Notes: generated by a model from the letters alone, not told the origin. 64,000 bases of DNA from Glaucostegus cemiculus (GCA_976551045.1 CDPCPM010000196.1:3162001-3226000), one strand, 5' to 3'. Shown: positions 1-12,160, counted from the first letter of the stretch. Numbers and translations are program-made.

Positions 1-1346
1 TTCAGCGCTGCACAGTTACAATTCCAACGTTTTTCAATTTCAGACATGGGAGTTACAATTTAAGTATATCCACATCTTTGACTGGATCCACAAACTTCTC
101 AATCATAACCTTCCTGCTGTGGCATAAACAGTTAAATGGATGTTATCACTATTTCATATACATGGATTCCATAACAATAAATAGTTTAAATCGTCTCAAA
201 ACTCGTTATTGCTTGTTCATCTACATGTCACTTTCATTGTTAAGAAAGGGGCTGCAGTTCGGTGTTCATCTTTTTTTCCACGAGTGTGCAAAATATCAAA
301 TTTGTTTTTACTTGTTGTTTCAGTTCATAAAACGAATTCGCCTTTCAATGCGATGTTTTATATAATACAGGTTGATGCAATGATAGTCATAAACATCCGT
401 CTGAAAGGAATACTGTTTTGCAATCTAAAGATGCCAAGTCTGGATTCAGGAATTTAGTGGGAATGCATCGTATATAAAATGGCTTCCAATTCTTTGTTAT
501 TTGTAGCTCTCGTTCTCAAGGATACATCAAAATTTGATTTAGGATAAAGGCAGAAATCTGATTGTTGACATGATTCTGCGCAGGTTAGTCGTCAAATAAC
601 TTTTCTTCCAGAGAGATATTTTGAAATAGTAATTATGTCTTGAAATAAATCTGAGATTTATATCGAAACATTATTCTCAGCTCTATATTCCAGGGAGTTC
701 CATGTTCAACGTGAAATGAACTAATTCTTCCCCAGTGTTTGCAATGATGAGGCCGACCCGTGTGCGAGATATTTTTTTAAGTTATTGAAAACCCAGCGTA
801 TCGGTTTGCTGAGTAGCGCTTATCTGACAGCGACTTGTTGACGTTGCTTCCCTAGAAACACATGGCAGACGCTAAAACATTGCAGAGATTATCCTCTTTC
901 CACTGAGATCTAACATAGAGATGTTTTATTTTTCAAAGAGAACAGAACAGGGCATTTTGTTCACGAAGTCTCATTAACATTTCAAAATCACTCAGGTAAG
1001 AAGCTGATATATCAATTTATAAAATATTAACATCAGAATAGCAGATCAATGTCAATATACTACTAAATAATCTCACATAAAAAAAAACAGATCGAAGCAT
1101 AGAGAATGTTATCCTTACAGCTGAGCAAAATGTTATATCGCATTTTTTCAGCAGGAAAATTAAAGTAAATTATCTGTGTGGAATTTTGGTCAATGAAGGG
1201 CATATGTAAAATCTTTTGTTGTAATTCTTACATTCACTCGATCAATTTCATGAAAAATGATGGACGAGTAAATGACATATTCATGCAACTTTTCAAAGGA
1301 AGAAGATATAACCACTATGAAGTATTTTGATGTTTATTTTTTGCAG

Positions 1347-1628
1347 CTTATTTGTTGACAATATCAACCCTGTCCAACAGAAAGTGCAGTCTCTCTAAAT
1401 GTATCGGCCGATATCTGATATGGATGACAGTAGCTGATCTAATACACTTGATAGTCGGCGGAATTTGTGATCAAATTAAATAAGCATGCTTTCCAAATAC
1501 ATCTCTCAGTTACACACTGTTTGCAACCTTAGTCAATCTGGCCCAGATTTACTTCGTATTTGTTGCAATGTCTGGCTAACTGTAGGTTTCACTTTAATCG
1601 ATTTGTTACTATCGGTTGCCAGTCTGTA
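1347..1628 (+). pseudogene. Locus A: truncated exon 2 of a GPR139-like GPCR pseudogene (exon 1 would lie left of the window)
   Basis: After the acceptor tttttttgcag it reads (A)YLLTISTLSNRKCSLSKCIGRYLIWMTVADLIHLIVGGICDQIK*, homologous to the exon-2 starts of B-E. There is an in-frame TAA, then indels, and homology ends just after the TM3-like 'gtctggctaactgtaggtttcacttt..atcgatttgttactatc..tgccagtc'. Confidence 0.85.
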
Positions 1629-1779
1629 ATCTGTTACAGTCCTCCTGTATGGTAAAGAATATCCCAGAAAATCAGAAGGGACGTAAAGCATATCGTTTGA
1701 TTTTAAATGAAATATTTGAGGCAAAAGTATTTCCCGATTTTTACAGGAGTAAACTGAAACAAGGTGGAGGCCAGAAGCG

Positions 1780-2370
1780 AATGAGGTTTTTTTGAGGATA
1801 CAACGAGACACAGATCAGCAGAATAGCTGGGGAGATCAGTGGCAGATGTAATATGATCCAGACAAGTGTCAGGTAATTCGCTTCTGGACGTTAAATTCTG
1901 ATAGGCCATAAAGAGTAAAGGACAAGGGCTATCGTGGAGTTGATGTGCAGAGTGATGCTTGGGTGCAAGTTCAAATCTCCATGAAAGTAAAGGCACTGAG
2001 GGATAGCATAGGGAAAAGACATTCGGTAAGCTTGCCTGCGTAGACTGGTGTATTGAAAATTGGAGTCGAGACGTTATGTTGCAACTGCACTAAACATTCG
2101 TTGGACCACACGTAGAATATTGTTTTGGTCACCATAGATCGGGAAGGGTTTGATTGAAATAGAGATACAGCAGATGAGATTAATAAGGATTGTGCCTGGA
2201 ATGGGGATCTGGATTTCAAAGAAGTGATTGGATAGTCTGAGTTCATTCTCACTGGAAAGTAAGTGGATGAGGGGTTACCTGATGGAAGTTTATGAATTTA
2301 TGAGTGTGGGGCATGGATGGGATGGGTGGTCAGATGTTGTCTGATGGTAGGGAAGTATAGAGCCAGAGGA
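1780..2370 (+). mobile_element. Degenerate CR1-like LINE, 3' part of RT ORF
   Basis: Decayed CR1 ORF2 C-terminal motifs (gagacgttatgttgcaactg..., ggaccacacgtagaatattgt..., ggggttacctgatggaagtttat), similar to the better-preserved copy at 37617-38750. Confidence 0.6.
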
Positions 2371-2444
2371 CGCAGAAACAACGCCAGGGGGAAACTACAT
2401 GTTAGGATTTGAGAAGTTATTCTTTCATTTCTCACCGCCCATCC

Positions 2445-2555
2445 TGAAAAAGGGTCCTGACACGAAACCTTGACCGCTTTTCTCCACGGATGCTGCCTGG
2501 CCTGCTGAGTTCCAGCAGCATCAAAGTGTTTTCCTCTAGATTCATTCATCAGCAT
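2445..2555 (+). repeat. Penelope-like terminal repeat fragment
   Basis: gaaaagggtcctgacacgaaac...ggatgctgcctggcctgctgagttccagcagcat; this motif recurs across the window (6165-6357, 14620, 35090, 52455, 63720). Confidence 0.55.
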
Positions 2556-4587
2556 TCCTTAGTTTATCAAGTCATTCTCTTACTTGACATTGGCTACATT
2601 ATTCTTAAATAAGAGCAGAGAACGCAGGGAATAGACAACATCTCATGCAATATATTTGCAGGCGGAAACAAACGAAGAGTTTCACGATAATGTCATAACA
2701 CACGTTTTAAGAGACAGAAGGCTGTGTTGATTAAAAATTGAAGGGCAATATTAAGGTGGAGACATATAGATATTGAATGACTTCAATGGCTGTGCATGGG
2801 ATCAAGCGTTTAAGCACATCTGAACTTTCAGGGGAATTAGGCAGGTGGAGTTGAATTGTGAAAATGTAGGGAGAGTAACGAAAATAATGCTGGGCGTTAC
2901 GTAAAAGGAAATACCAACCAGATTTATCAAGAAGAGTATGTTTGAAATGCCTATAACGCCAGTCAGAACTTGTGGATACAAGAAACAGAATGAATTATTT
3001 AAGAGTTACCCAATCACCATGTCTGATTGTTTAAACAAATACCGATTCTTGGTATCAGAAATAGAACGACAGGCAGCATCTTCTCAAGAGTACCACGACG
3101 GATCTGCTTTCGGTGTTTCCATTACCGAAGACACCACATTTCTGTCATCGAATTCGTTACCATAAAGTTGAAGGAGCGTCGGATACTGCAGCTCCGTCCT
3201 GAAATATTTCACAAGTCCCTGATATTCAGCACCTTCGAAACACAGATTGGATGGTGCACTTGATGCGATTTCATGCAAACGTTCCCCACGCATCAGCATT
3301 ACTTGTGGGGAATAAAAGATTGAACGAGGGAGTTACAATGTGAGTGGTTCATTGAAACTGCTGAAAGATGAGAGGAAGGAAAATATTGTAATGGTGGCAT
3401 ACATTGAATGTGAGAGAAGTCACAGAACAGAATTTGTTTACTTGGAAGGCTGGTGGATGGAGATTGAGGACCACGTGAACCCCGATAGTTGTTACTGTCG
3501 AGTAGAACGGGTTAGTCAAAAAATGCAGAAAATTAGGAAGGCATGCTGGAGAGCCTATTCATTAGTGGTGCAGGGTAAAACATTGTTGAAGAAAAAAGTT
3601 GCTGTAAACACCATTGTGGAAAGCGTTAAAGATAGCAATTATGACGGAGAGGCGGAAAAGTGCGACGTGTAGTGAAGTTAGCTTTAGAAGTATATGCACA
3701 GGAAACCTAAAAGTGGCGAGACATGCAGAGTTCAAAGAAGAGAATAGGTAATCAGAGATGGGTAATTTGAAAGTGAGTGCAGAGTCGGAATTGGAAGGAA
3801 ATAAGCTGAAACCTCTTTAAGAACAGAAAGCAGTGCCAATACATTTATTACTCTCCTGAAATAAAATACACAAGCGAGGACGCCATAGATGTTGCGAAAC
3901 AAAGACAATTGCACACATATTACAAAGGAACATAGAACATAAATTGTCCCACACAGGTTTCAATAATTTTTCAAAGTTGCAAGAAGCTTCACAAACTGCA
4001 CAGTGATGTGGTTAAGGGAAGTGATTGTGTTACTGAGTAACGAAGAAACAAAAGTTGATCAGTGATAGCAAATAGTGGGTGTAGAGGAATTGGAAAATCA
4101 TGCTGAAAATAATCTACTTGGGTGCCTTAATTTACCTGGGAGCATAGGTGTTGTAAATGCTGTAAATTAGAAAAAAATATAGGCAACGGGAAGAAAACGA
4201 CTGAATGTAAGAACACGTAACGTCTTCTGGACAAGTAGAGGCAGAAAGATTTGCTCCACCAGAGCAATGCTACTTCTGATTACTTCTCTGTATCGAAATA
4301 TTTTGGGATCGCACATGTATCTTCGGATTCCCGTGTGTAAGTGATAGTTTGAAAGACAGTAAAATACTGCAGATTGCCCTGCTAATCAGTTGAATACAAC
4401 TTCAAACGAAACGGTTGCAAATATTCCTTAAGAGATGTTGTAAACAAATGTGTAATACATGCTCTAGCTTTCATACGCATATTCAATTTGCGGAGAATAG
4501 TTATTAAATCTGTTTCACGAAAAGTTGCATCATAACCCCGATTAATGGCAGTCACAAGTACGTGGTCGAATCAGTGTGTTCAAGGGA

Positions 4588-4650
4588 ATGAACAATTAAA
4601 ATCGCCATGTTGTGCATATTCTTCCTCTGAGGTTTCTCTAAGGTATAAAT
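4588..4650 (+). promoter_or_regulatory. Core promoter of locus B: CAATTA (TAATTG on minus strand), O/E-like TCCTCTGAGG and TATAAAT
   Basis: TATAAAT at 4644-4650 is 78 nt upstream of ATG 4722. The block aligns with the upstream regions of C, D, E and G. Confidence 0.65.
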
Positions 4651-4721
4651 AAGACCTACATTTGAAAGCAGGACATCTTCACGTCTGTTCGACGTCTATG
4701 AACCGAAGTTTCTCTCCCGGA

Positions 4722-4791
4722 ATGGGACTACCTGTAATCCTACATATAGAAAGGACTTACTATCCAATTCTTGTGGCAATTGGTGTTCCTG
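4722..4791 (+). CDS. Locus B exon 1, GPR139-like GPCR (MGLPVILHIERTYYPILVAIGVP)
   Basis: 70 nt ending cct g|gtaagt donor, same length and phase as exon 1 of C, D, E and G. An in-frame upstream ATG at 4698 is a possible alternative start. Confidence 0.85.
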
Positions 4792-6164
4792 GTAAGTCAT
4801 TTCAAAATAGCATTGCAAACCTATTTTTATGTGTCAAACTGACTGACTGAGATAACTAGTCTCTGGAAACGTTTCAATTCTCCGTCATATTCCTTGTGCA
4901 AACATCCTACTGAAACAGTCCTTTAGGATAATGTGATCCACTCGCACATTTAAACATCAGGTGCTTATGCACTGAATTAAAGATTAAAGCCACCTAAGTT
5001 GTAATAGATTTGGATGCTTCTCAAAGTGAACAAAGAATAATTTCCACTATTTATTATATGTCCAGCAGAAAGAAAGGAACTGCTTTCGTGCTGAATGGAA
5101 TTATCTGCCTTACTCTAGGCTCACTGCATTTTTTTCTCCATTCTTTCTGTGGAGCTTATCAGCTGCAGGTCGTAAAAAAAAAACATACTGATCCCATGGA
5201 CAGTTGGACCCTGACGCCGACAATAGTGCTCTGATACTGGCATTAGGGTTAAATGCGCTGCTGGGTGAAACTCGGAAAATCATGTTGCAGCTGATAAATG
5301 CATCATTGGATATTTTACCCCACACCCTGTTTATTGTCAATAGCACTTGCAACGGAAAAGTATCTGCATCTCGAGTCCTAGCAAGTATCCAAAATAATGC
5401 TGACTGTGCTTCTGATTCCGAAATGTAGATGTGTGTTATTCCCTCGAAATGGAAGAACTTGCACAAGGAGCTGCTAAACCAATTGAGGTCATTGTAAACA
5501 CCAGGAGCCTAAATACTGGCGCGCAGATAAATACGTCACTGAAATTAATGTCTTATAGGAAAATATGAGAGCTTAGATTTATCTGAGAATGTTTACAATC
5601 AAAGGAGCCTCGGATTCTCAGTTAATTGAAACCACTGTTCACAGATATTCTACTACTAACCTTAACAGTGGTTGCCTCCATTTTTTCTTCTTTTCATAAT
5701 TCCACTTAATTCAGTTCTCAAGAAATATTCCTTCAAGATATTCCTGCAGCATGTTACAGAAACATATGGGATAGTTCTCCCGTCGTTTTCAACCACTTAT
5801 CCACATTATCTCACGAACTGCTGGCGTATTTTTGGTGTTTATCCATTTTTAATGGTTAGCATGAGGCAAACTATCCATGCGAGAGGTAGTTGGAGAACTG
5901 TTAAATGCCTTGCATACCAAATTTCTGAGAAGCCAATAGCTGGCTGTGAGCTATGGAGAATCATCAGAATATCAGCTGCAAGAAATGATCATCTACTGGA
6001 TTTTTTTTTGAGATAATACAATAAACATCTTCTTAATAGCACTGAAAACTGGAGAGTGATTTTGGAGAAATTTTATTATTCAAACGAGGATAGAACGGTG
6101 ACACTTGAATAAGATGTCTGTATTAACACTGATATACGTGTACTACAGATGCTGGATATCTGGA

Positions 6165-6357
6165 CCAAAACACAAAATGCTGGGTTAACTTAGCGGGTCA
6201 GGCAGATTCTAAGGAGTTAAATTGAACGTCCACTTTTCGTGTCGAGACCCATTCATCCGGACTCGATGAAGGGTCTACACCTGAAACATCAACCGTCCAT
6301 CTACCTCCATAGATGCTACCTGACTCACTGATTTCCACCAGAACTTTGTGTTTTGTT
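6165..6357. repeat. ~190-bp imperfect palindrome formed by two inverted Penelope-like terminal repeats, in the intron of B
   Basis: caaaacacaaaatgctgg...gagacccattcatc (centre ~6260) gatgaagggtct...ccagaactttgtgttttg; the arms are approximate reverse complements. Confidence 0.7.
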
Positions 6358-6721
6358 CTGTCTTAACATTGGTGTGTCGGTACGGCTGTCAATAGTTGCT
6401 TTTTAAAGGGAACTTCCAAATAAACAATCCAGTTGCAACCCCTCCACAATGTTATTTGAGAAACAGATGAAAGCAAACACGCTGTTCTTGTGACGAAACA
6501 AATGTGTTGCAACGGCTCAGGCAAGACAGACAATCTGGCCCTTTCACAAACACTTTGACAAAGCATTCTTTAATAAGCCGTGACCAACCGATAAATTCGA
6601 AGAAAATGTAAAATCACAAGGCAAAAGTAAAGAAAGTGCTTTGACAAAGAGACGACTTATTCACTAAGTTTCCTAGAGCAATGAAAGTTTTTAATGAAAA
6701 TTCCTTTCTTTTTTTTAAAAG

Positions 6722-7632
6722 CCAATTTGATAACAATTTTCATCCTGTCCTCTGGAATGTGTGGTCTGTCAAGATGCATCATCCGATATTTAATGTGGAT
6801 GGAAGCAGCTGATCTAATGTGCTTGATTTTTGGTGCATTTCTTTATGAGATTAAGGAAGCGTATTTTCCACATACATTCCTCAATTACACGCCTGTTTGT
6901 AGTCTTGAGTTCGCCGTGTCGTACTTTTCAATTGATTGTTCTGTCTGGCTAACATTCGCTTTTACCTTTGATCGATTTATTGCTATTTGTTACCAGTCGT
7001 TAAGAACAAAATACAGCACTGCAAAAAACTCATCGCGGATTTTAACAGTGATTTGTTTGTTATGTATTGTAGAAAATATTCCAGTGTACCTCGTATTGGA
7101 ACCTGTGGAAATAATTGACAAGGTGCCGTGGTATTGTGCTATAAAATCAAGTTTCTACACCTCACCACTTTGGGTTGCATATTTCTGGTTAGAAACAATC
7201 TTGACCCCATTTCTGCCGTTTGTGCTGATTCTCCTGTTTAATACCTTGACGATAAAGCACATTATACTAACCAACAGAGTTAGGAGCAAACTTCGCGGAA
7301 TTAACAGTGAAAAGAGCCAACCTGATCAAGAGCTTGAAAACAGAAGGAAATCAATTACTTTATTGATCACGATATCCTGCAATTTTATCCTTTTGTGGAT
7401 ATTAACGTTCGGTGCTTCGTATCTGTACAGTTTACTACTCCTCAGTTGTTGGCAACAAATTACCATTGCAGAAGAACTTGTCTGCATGCTAAGATTTTTG
7501 AGTACCTGCACAAACATTTTCATTTATGCAATATCCCAGAGGAACTTCAGAGAGGAGTTGAATAATATAATTAAACGCCTGTTTTTCTCATCCTTAATGC
7601 ATTTAAATAATTTATATGGATTAGACTATTAA
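6722..7632 (+). CDS. Locus B exon 2, GPR139-like class A GPCR (joined with 4722-4791 gives 326 aa); TM6/ECL3 altered by compensating frameshifts
   Basis: Polypyrimidine tract plus aag| acceptor at 6721. The ORF has MEAADL (TM2), YTPVC, VWLTFAFTFDRFIAIC (TM3), ENIP, PWYC, WLETILTPFLPF (TM5), ENRRKSI and STCTNIFIY (TM7). Confidence 0.85.
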
Positions 7633-8028
7633 ATGGCGTATTTCTGTACAAAGTGACGTCAATTATGTGGTAGATATGAAAACAGAAACCCTCAGAAGGA
7701 GGATTTAAAATTGCGTGTAAGAGTCTTCTTCCCAAGTTGTAAGTACTGTTTTATCATTGGCAATTCATTTTATTTTAAGTAAAATACCTGAGACAAACAT
7801 GTCTGTTTATTTGAATGTGAAATGAACACGAAACTAGTTTCAGTGTAGCTCCACTTTGTTGAACTGATTGGTGAAGCTATGCGTGGTGTCGTTGAACATT
7901 CAGGTAAAAACGGAAACTATTGAGTTTCCTGGAGTGTTCACACAGGATCAATGGAGATGAGTAACAGAGTTTGCATTTCAAGTTGTTCACTGAAGTAAAA
8001 GAAAGAAAGATAGAACCCAAACTTTATT

Positions 8029-8061
8029 TGAGAGAGAGAGAGAGAGAGAGAAGGAGAGAGA
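8029..8061. repeat. (GA)n microsatellite
   Basis: gagagagagag... run seen directly. Confidence 0.9.
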
Positions 8062-8537
8062 TTTACGTGTCCGTGGTCTCAGCAGAAAAGCTATGTTGAA
8101 GCCTGTGAAGCACAGACGATGTTTGGATGCGGAAATGGAAAGAGATGGATGTGAGATGCGGAGAGAACAAAGAAAAACAACAATTTTCATCAAGGACACC
8201 TGTAGGAAATCTAAAAAAAACGAGAGTCCTTGAAGTAATCGGAAGGTCATACAGTATCACGGGTTCAATATCCAAAGTGTTGTATTCTGTCAAAATGGAA
8301 CGCCCTACCATTAGTTTTGTTTGCTGCATTGGGTAAATATTATAGGCTAGGTGCAGGGAATTTAGACTGCAATGGTGTTGGACGCAGAATTAACTGAAAT
8401 TGGAAACTCGGACTCCTTACAAAGTCTTCATCAATTGAGTTCCCGAATTTGCGTTTAGTTAATGCAATATCTAGAATGGGTTGTGACTTGAGTACCGGCA
8501 CAGTAAACTGGAAGAGGTATGAATGAATTTCTCCTTC

Positions 8538-9181
8538 TGTTGTGAAACAGATTCAAAGTCTCAGAGGACAAGGACTCTGAACACAGGTTTAGAGATAAAT
8601 GGTATATTTACCAAGACAAAAGCGGGGGGAAATGTAATGGGAATAACGCGCACCGGTTAAAGCGAGAGTGGAAAAATCGCAACAAGTGTAAAATACACAC
8701 ACGCACACAAAACAAACTGAGTACAGACAATCAAGTAAAAACAACACGACACCCACCACCCTTTGACTCAGTACAGGCAAGTCAGTATGCTACCGTGGAT
8801 ACCAAATGGAACGCCCCTAACTCTATTGACAGTGCACACGTTACCAACAATCTCTCCATTGTTCCTCGGCCTTATATGAAACAGGGTGAATCCCTCGGAC
8901 CAGTGAAAAGAGAAGGAACCTGGGGCACGTGTCACTCTTTATAGTGCTGGAGGGCTGTGGGGTCCAGCCCAGGTAGTTCAAAAGTGCCAATGGCCAAGTG
9001 CCAGCCAGGACTAATCGATCACAAAAGCAATGGCTCGAAGTCAATGACGAAGGTGTTGAGAGCGACGAAAGGTCAGGTGTGCACTGATGGGTAGAGTGGG
9101 GTGGAGCAAAGCCTGGAATGGCAGTGGTGTGTTTTTCGACCAATGACCAGTGCTGTCACGTGAGGGCTACGGCCCTCAACA
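8538..9181 (-). mobile_element. 3' LTR of an endogenous retrovirus
   Basis: TGTTG...CAACA termini at 8538 and 9181, a minus-strand TATA-like motif (plus tctttatag, ~8936-8944), and a purine-rich tract (minus gaggagtgga) between the env remnant and the LTR. Confidence 0.7.
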
Positions 9182-10020
9182 ATGTAGTCCACTCCTCGAA
9201 AGTCACAGTACTCGCAAGCCATGGTAATATCTATTACTGAGCCGAGAACTCTGTGTCAGTGTACAGAACTAATGAAAGGCCGACGTGCTTTTGATAACCC
9301 GGCAAGCAGAGCATAATAATGACAATAAGAATAAAAACATTTTCCCAGTGAATGACAGTTGCCTACCATCCCCTCAGAGAACTAAACGACCACCAATTTC
9401 CCCATGAGGTGTCGTGCCGGAGAGGCTGGTCCCTGGTATTTTGAATTATGGCCCCCGAGTTCCGAATGCAAGCAGCCAAGTGGGCAATGTTCCTTGACTC
9501 CTCATGGATAAAGGTGCAGCAATTCTTACCAATCACTGCACAGGTACCACCATCGGCAGCGGATAGGTAATCCAGGGCCATTCTATTCTTCAGGGCGACC
9601 ATCCTGACGGCAATCAGTTCAGCTGCAGTCTGCGTCAGGGCGTCTTCCGTATGTTGCAATTCCACTGCCGTTTCGTTGTCCAGCGTCTCGATCACGTTGG
9701 CCATCTGGATGACCTCGCGGGACAGTCGGGTCGTGCCATACGTGGGAAAATCTATCATCCAAAACTTCTCGGCCTCCGTAATGGCCCTCTTGTTCTGGTG
9801 GCCGTTGTATGGTGGGTGCTCTCCAAGGTCATCTAAGGCGTGGATCTAGGGCACTACAAGTGCTGGATGGCAGCAACCATACCAGCTCCCGGGGAGCTAC
9901 GGGTATGCACGGTGGCCGCAAATCCAGTGAGTCCCATTGAAATTTCAAAGAGCTCCCAGCTTAGCGGCACCATCGTTAGTGGTCACTCGGGCACCTGAAT
10001 ACCAGTTTCAGAAATGTCCC
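9182..10020 (-). mobile_element. env: ERV env remnant (end of SU, furin site, gamma-type TM), with stop codons
   Basis: The minus strand reads NGTHWICGHRAYP*LPGSWYGCC...HQNKR|AITEAEKFWMIDFPTYG...RMVALKNRMALDYLSAADGGTCAVIGKNCCTFI. This contains an immunosuppressive domain and a CX6CC motif, followed by a hydrophobic anchor after the stop at 9363. Confidence 0.9.
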
Positions 10021-10859
10021 ACCGTTTTCAATAAAATAAATATATGTGTTCCTAGAAAGGAAATGAGTTGGAAAAAAAGGTGACATTTACACGTAGGTAA
10101 TGGGAATTGCACAAATACATTGCTAGAGAGATGTAGACATCCTGTACACAGTCACAGAGGAAGCTAATTCATATAATGAACTATGTCGAGCAATGACAAT
10201 TAACATGTGGAAACTTCTACTAATATCACAGAAAAATTCAACACGATCTTGACCTGTTGGGCACACAAGTGTCAAGCCACAGGAGAATCATTACTCCACG
10301 ATTGTACGATGCACTACAATATCGGCATTTAACCCAACCCCGATATCATTATTGTAATGCAGCATAATTTATTAGTTTTCACTGGCACCTCTCACTAGAT
10401 CTAACATCAAAATCCGATATTCCACAGCATTCCATTCCGTGCAGAATGTTTATTTCTGAAACAGCTCGGGAAGTAGAGCTTTCTTTTTCTACCTGAGTCC
10501 ACTGAAGGTGCATACCTTGCAATTTCCAAGGAGTATAAAGACAATAATCGCCAATATGTGGTGAGAGCACTTTGTTATAATTTCTTCAGCCTCATTGAGA
10601 ACGTCTCAAGCTTTCCAATTTGCTGAATGTACAAGTCGCCACGAATTCATTTGGGTAAAACACATCTTCGATACTTGGTTGCAATTATACTACAATTAGA
10701 CATAGAAAGCAAAAGGCAACCACAATTTGCTTTAAAATAAAATATTGTTGAGCCTCTAACGAAGTTGAGGGTTCTGTCGCCAAAACTGTGTTTGCCATTG
10801 TGCGAAAGGAAGGTATTCTCAGAACAGTCAAAGAACCGCTCTCCTCGCAACGGATTCAA

Positions 10860-11267
10860 TGTCACAAAGTTGATTGAAGAGCAAGTTCACAGAGAACCCA
10901 AATACGGCACACTGGTACAAGACTGGAGTCAGGTACTTCCTCAGGACGGGACACAGGCAATACTGAAAGGAAATCTTGCCTCGGAGATCTGAGTAGTAAT
11001 CCCAACACAAACTGAATCTTCAAGCAGGACTAGAGAACACAGGACTGCTCTGGAGTCGACCATTCTAAGCAGCTAGGAACCAAACTGAATCTTCAAGGTT
11101 GACCAATCCTCCAGCAATTAGTGCGAGAGAAAACCGGGTACATATGCTAGTCCCCTGATGGGGCTGAGGTGTGTGTTATTATGCTATCAGTCCAGCATGG
11201 AATTCATCTGTTATACATCGACGTAACTAAGGAACCAAATCAAGGGCCAGTATTCAGAATCATGACA
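10860..11267. mobile_element. Solo LTR-like insertion (~408 bp) specific to the C unit
   Basis: TGTCA...TGACA termini with attcaa/attaa flanks. It is absent at the paralogous site in the D unit (23355 cgcaatggtattaatactgaacacg). It carries an internal direct repeat, caaactgaatcttcaag. Confidence 0.7.
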
Positions 11268-11789
11268 ATTAATTTTCAACACTTGAGCATACCTTTGCAT
11301 TTCTTACTACCGATGCAAAGATATTAAGAAGAGGCATACGTTCAATAGTGTATATCGCCTTACGATTTCAAGAAAAATGAGAACCGGTTCTTCGTTTTCC
11401 TCTTTGCTTTCTCATATGTTTGGGTACTTGTAAGCAACAGGGAATATTTGCAGCAGAAGTTTCGCACCAGAAACAGGAATATTCTGCATGGATTTGAAGT
11501 GGTAAAATCCAATGTCCATACTGTTGTGCAGTACGCAGCCATGTGGAAGAAGATACACCGTACTTCGAGATTGTGTTTGGGCTCACCGTGGCGTGGGATA
11601 AGGCCGAGAACAGAGACATCAGTTTTGGAATGCAAACAGAGATTCAAATGACATGCAAAACAGTCAAACAGAAGGAAGCAGGAGAGAACCTGGAAAAGAA
11701 ATTAGGACGATACGTAAAGAATTGTATTCGTACATTAGGTGCAAGGGTACAGCCCGGGAAAGCAATTACTAATCAAGGATAAAGGACAA

Positions 11790-12160
11790 CATTTATTCGA
11801 GGAGCTCAAGAAGTAACAGCGGTGTTCATGAATACGTTGTATCAGCATTCACTACTGAAAAAGTCATGGATGATGGTGGGATAATAATGGATATGTTACT
11901 ACCATTGGGGAGGAGAGGATGTACACGACCAGAAGACCCACTTTCAACTTTTCAGGAACAGGATCTTTCCTTTCTGTCTAGATTTCTGAACTGTCCATGA
12001 AGCCATGAACACCATCCCGTTATTGCTTTTTTTGCACAAATTAGTTTTATTTGTAATTTACTGAACAATGTTTTCCTTTATGTGCTTCACTGTACTGCTC
12101 GCCCAAAATAATAAATTTTATGACATATTTCAGTGATAATAAACATGATTCTGTTTCCAA
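11790..12160 (+). mobile_element. Rex1/Babar-like LINE 3' fragment (paralogous copy at ~23900-24260)
   Basis: ctaccattggggaggag...ttcaggaacag...aataaacatgattctg, resembling the PSGRR..RNSFF region and the (ctgatt) tail. Confidence 0.6.

Noticed and set aside
2940-3900. Possible coding region (ORFs 2938-3672)
   Set aside because: No coherent protein. It resembles a heavily decayed minus-strand Penelope-like element, but is too degraded to call with confidence.
9363-9758. Domesticated syncytin-like env gene
   Set aside because: There are in-frame stops in SU and before the membrane anchor, no signal peptide, and the 5' part is missing.
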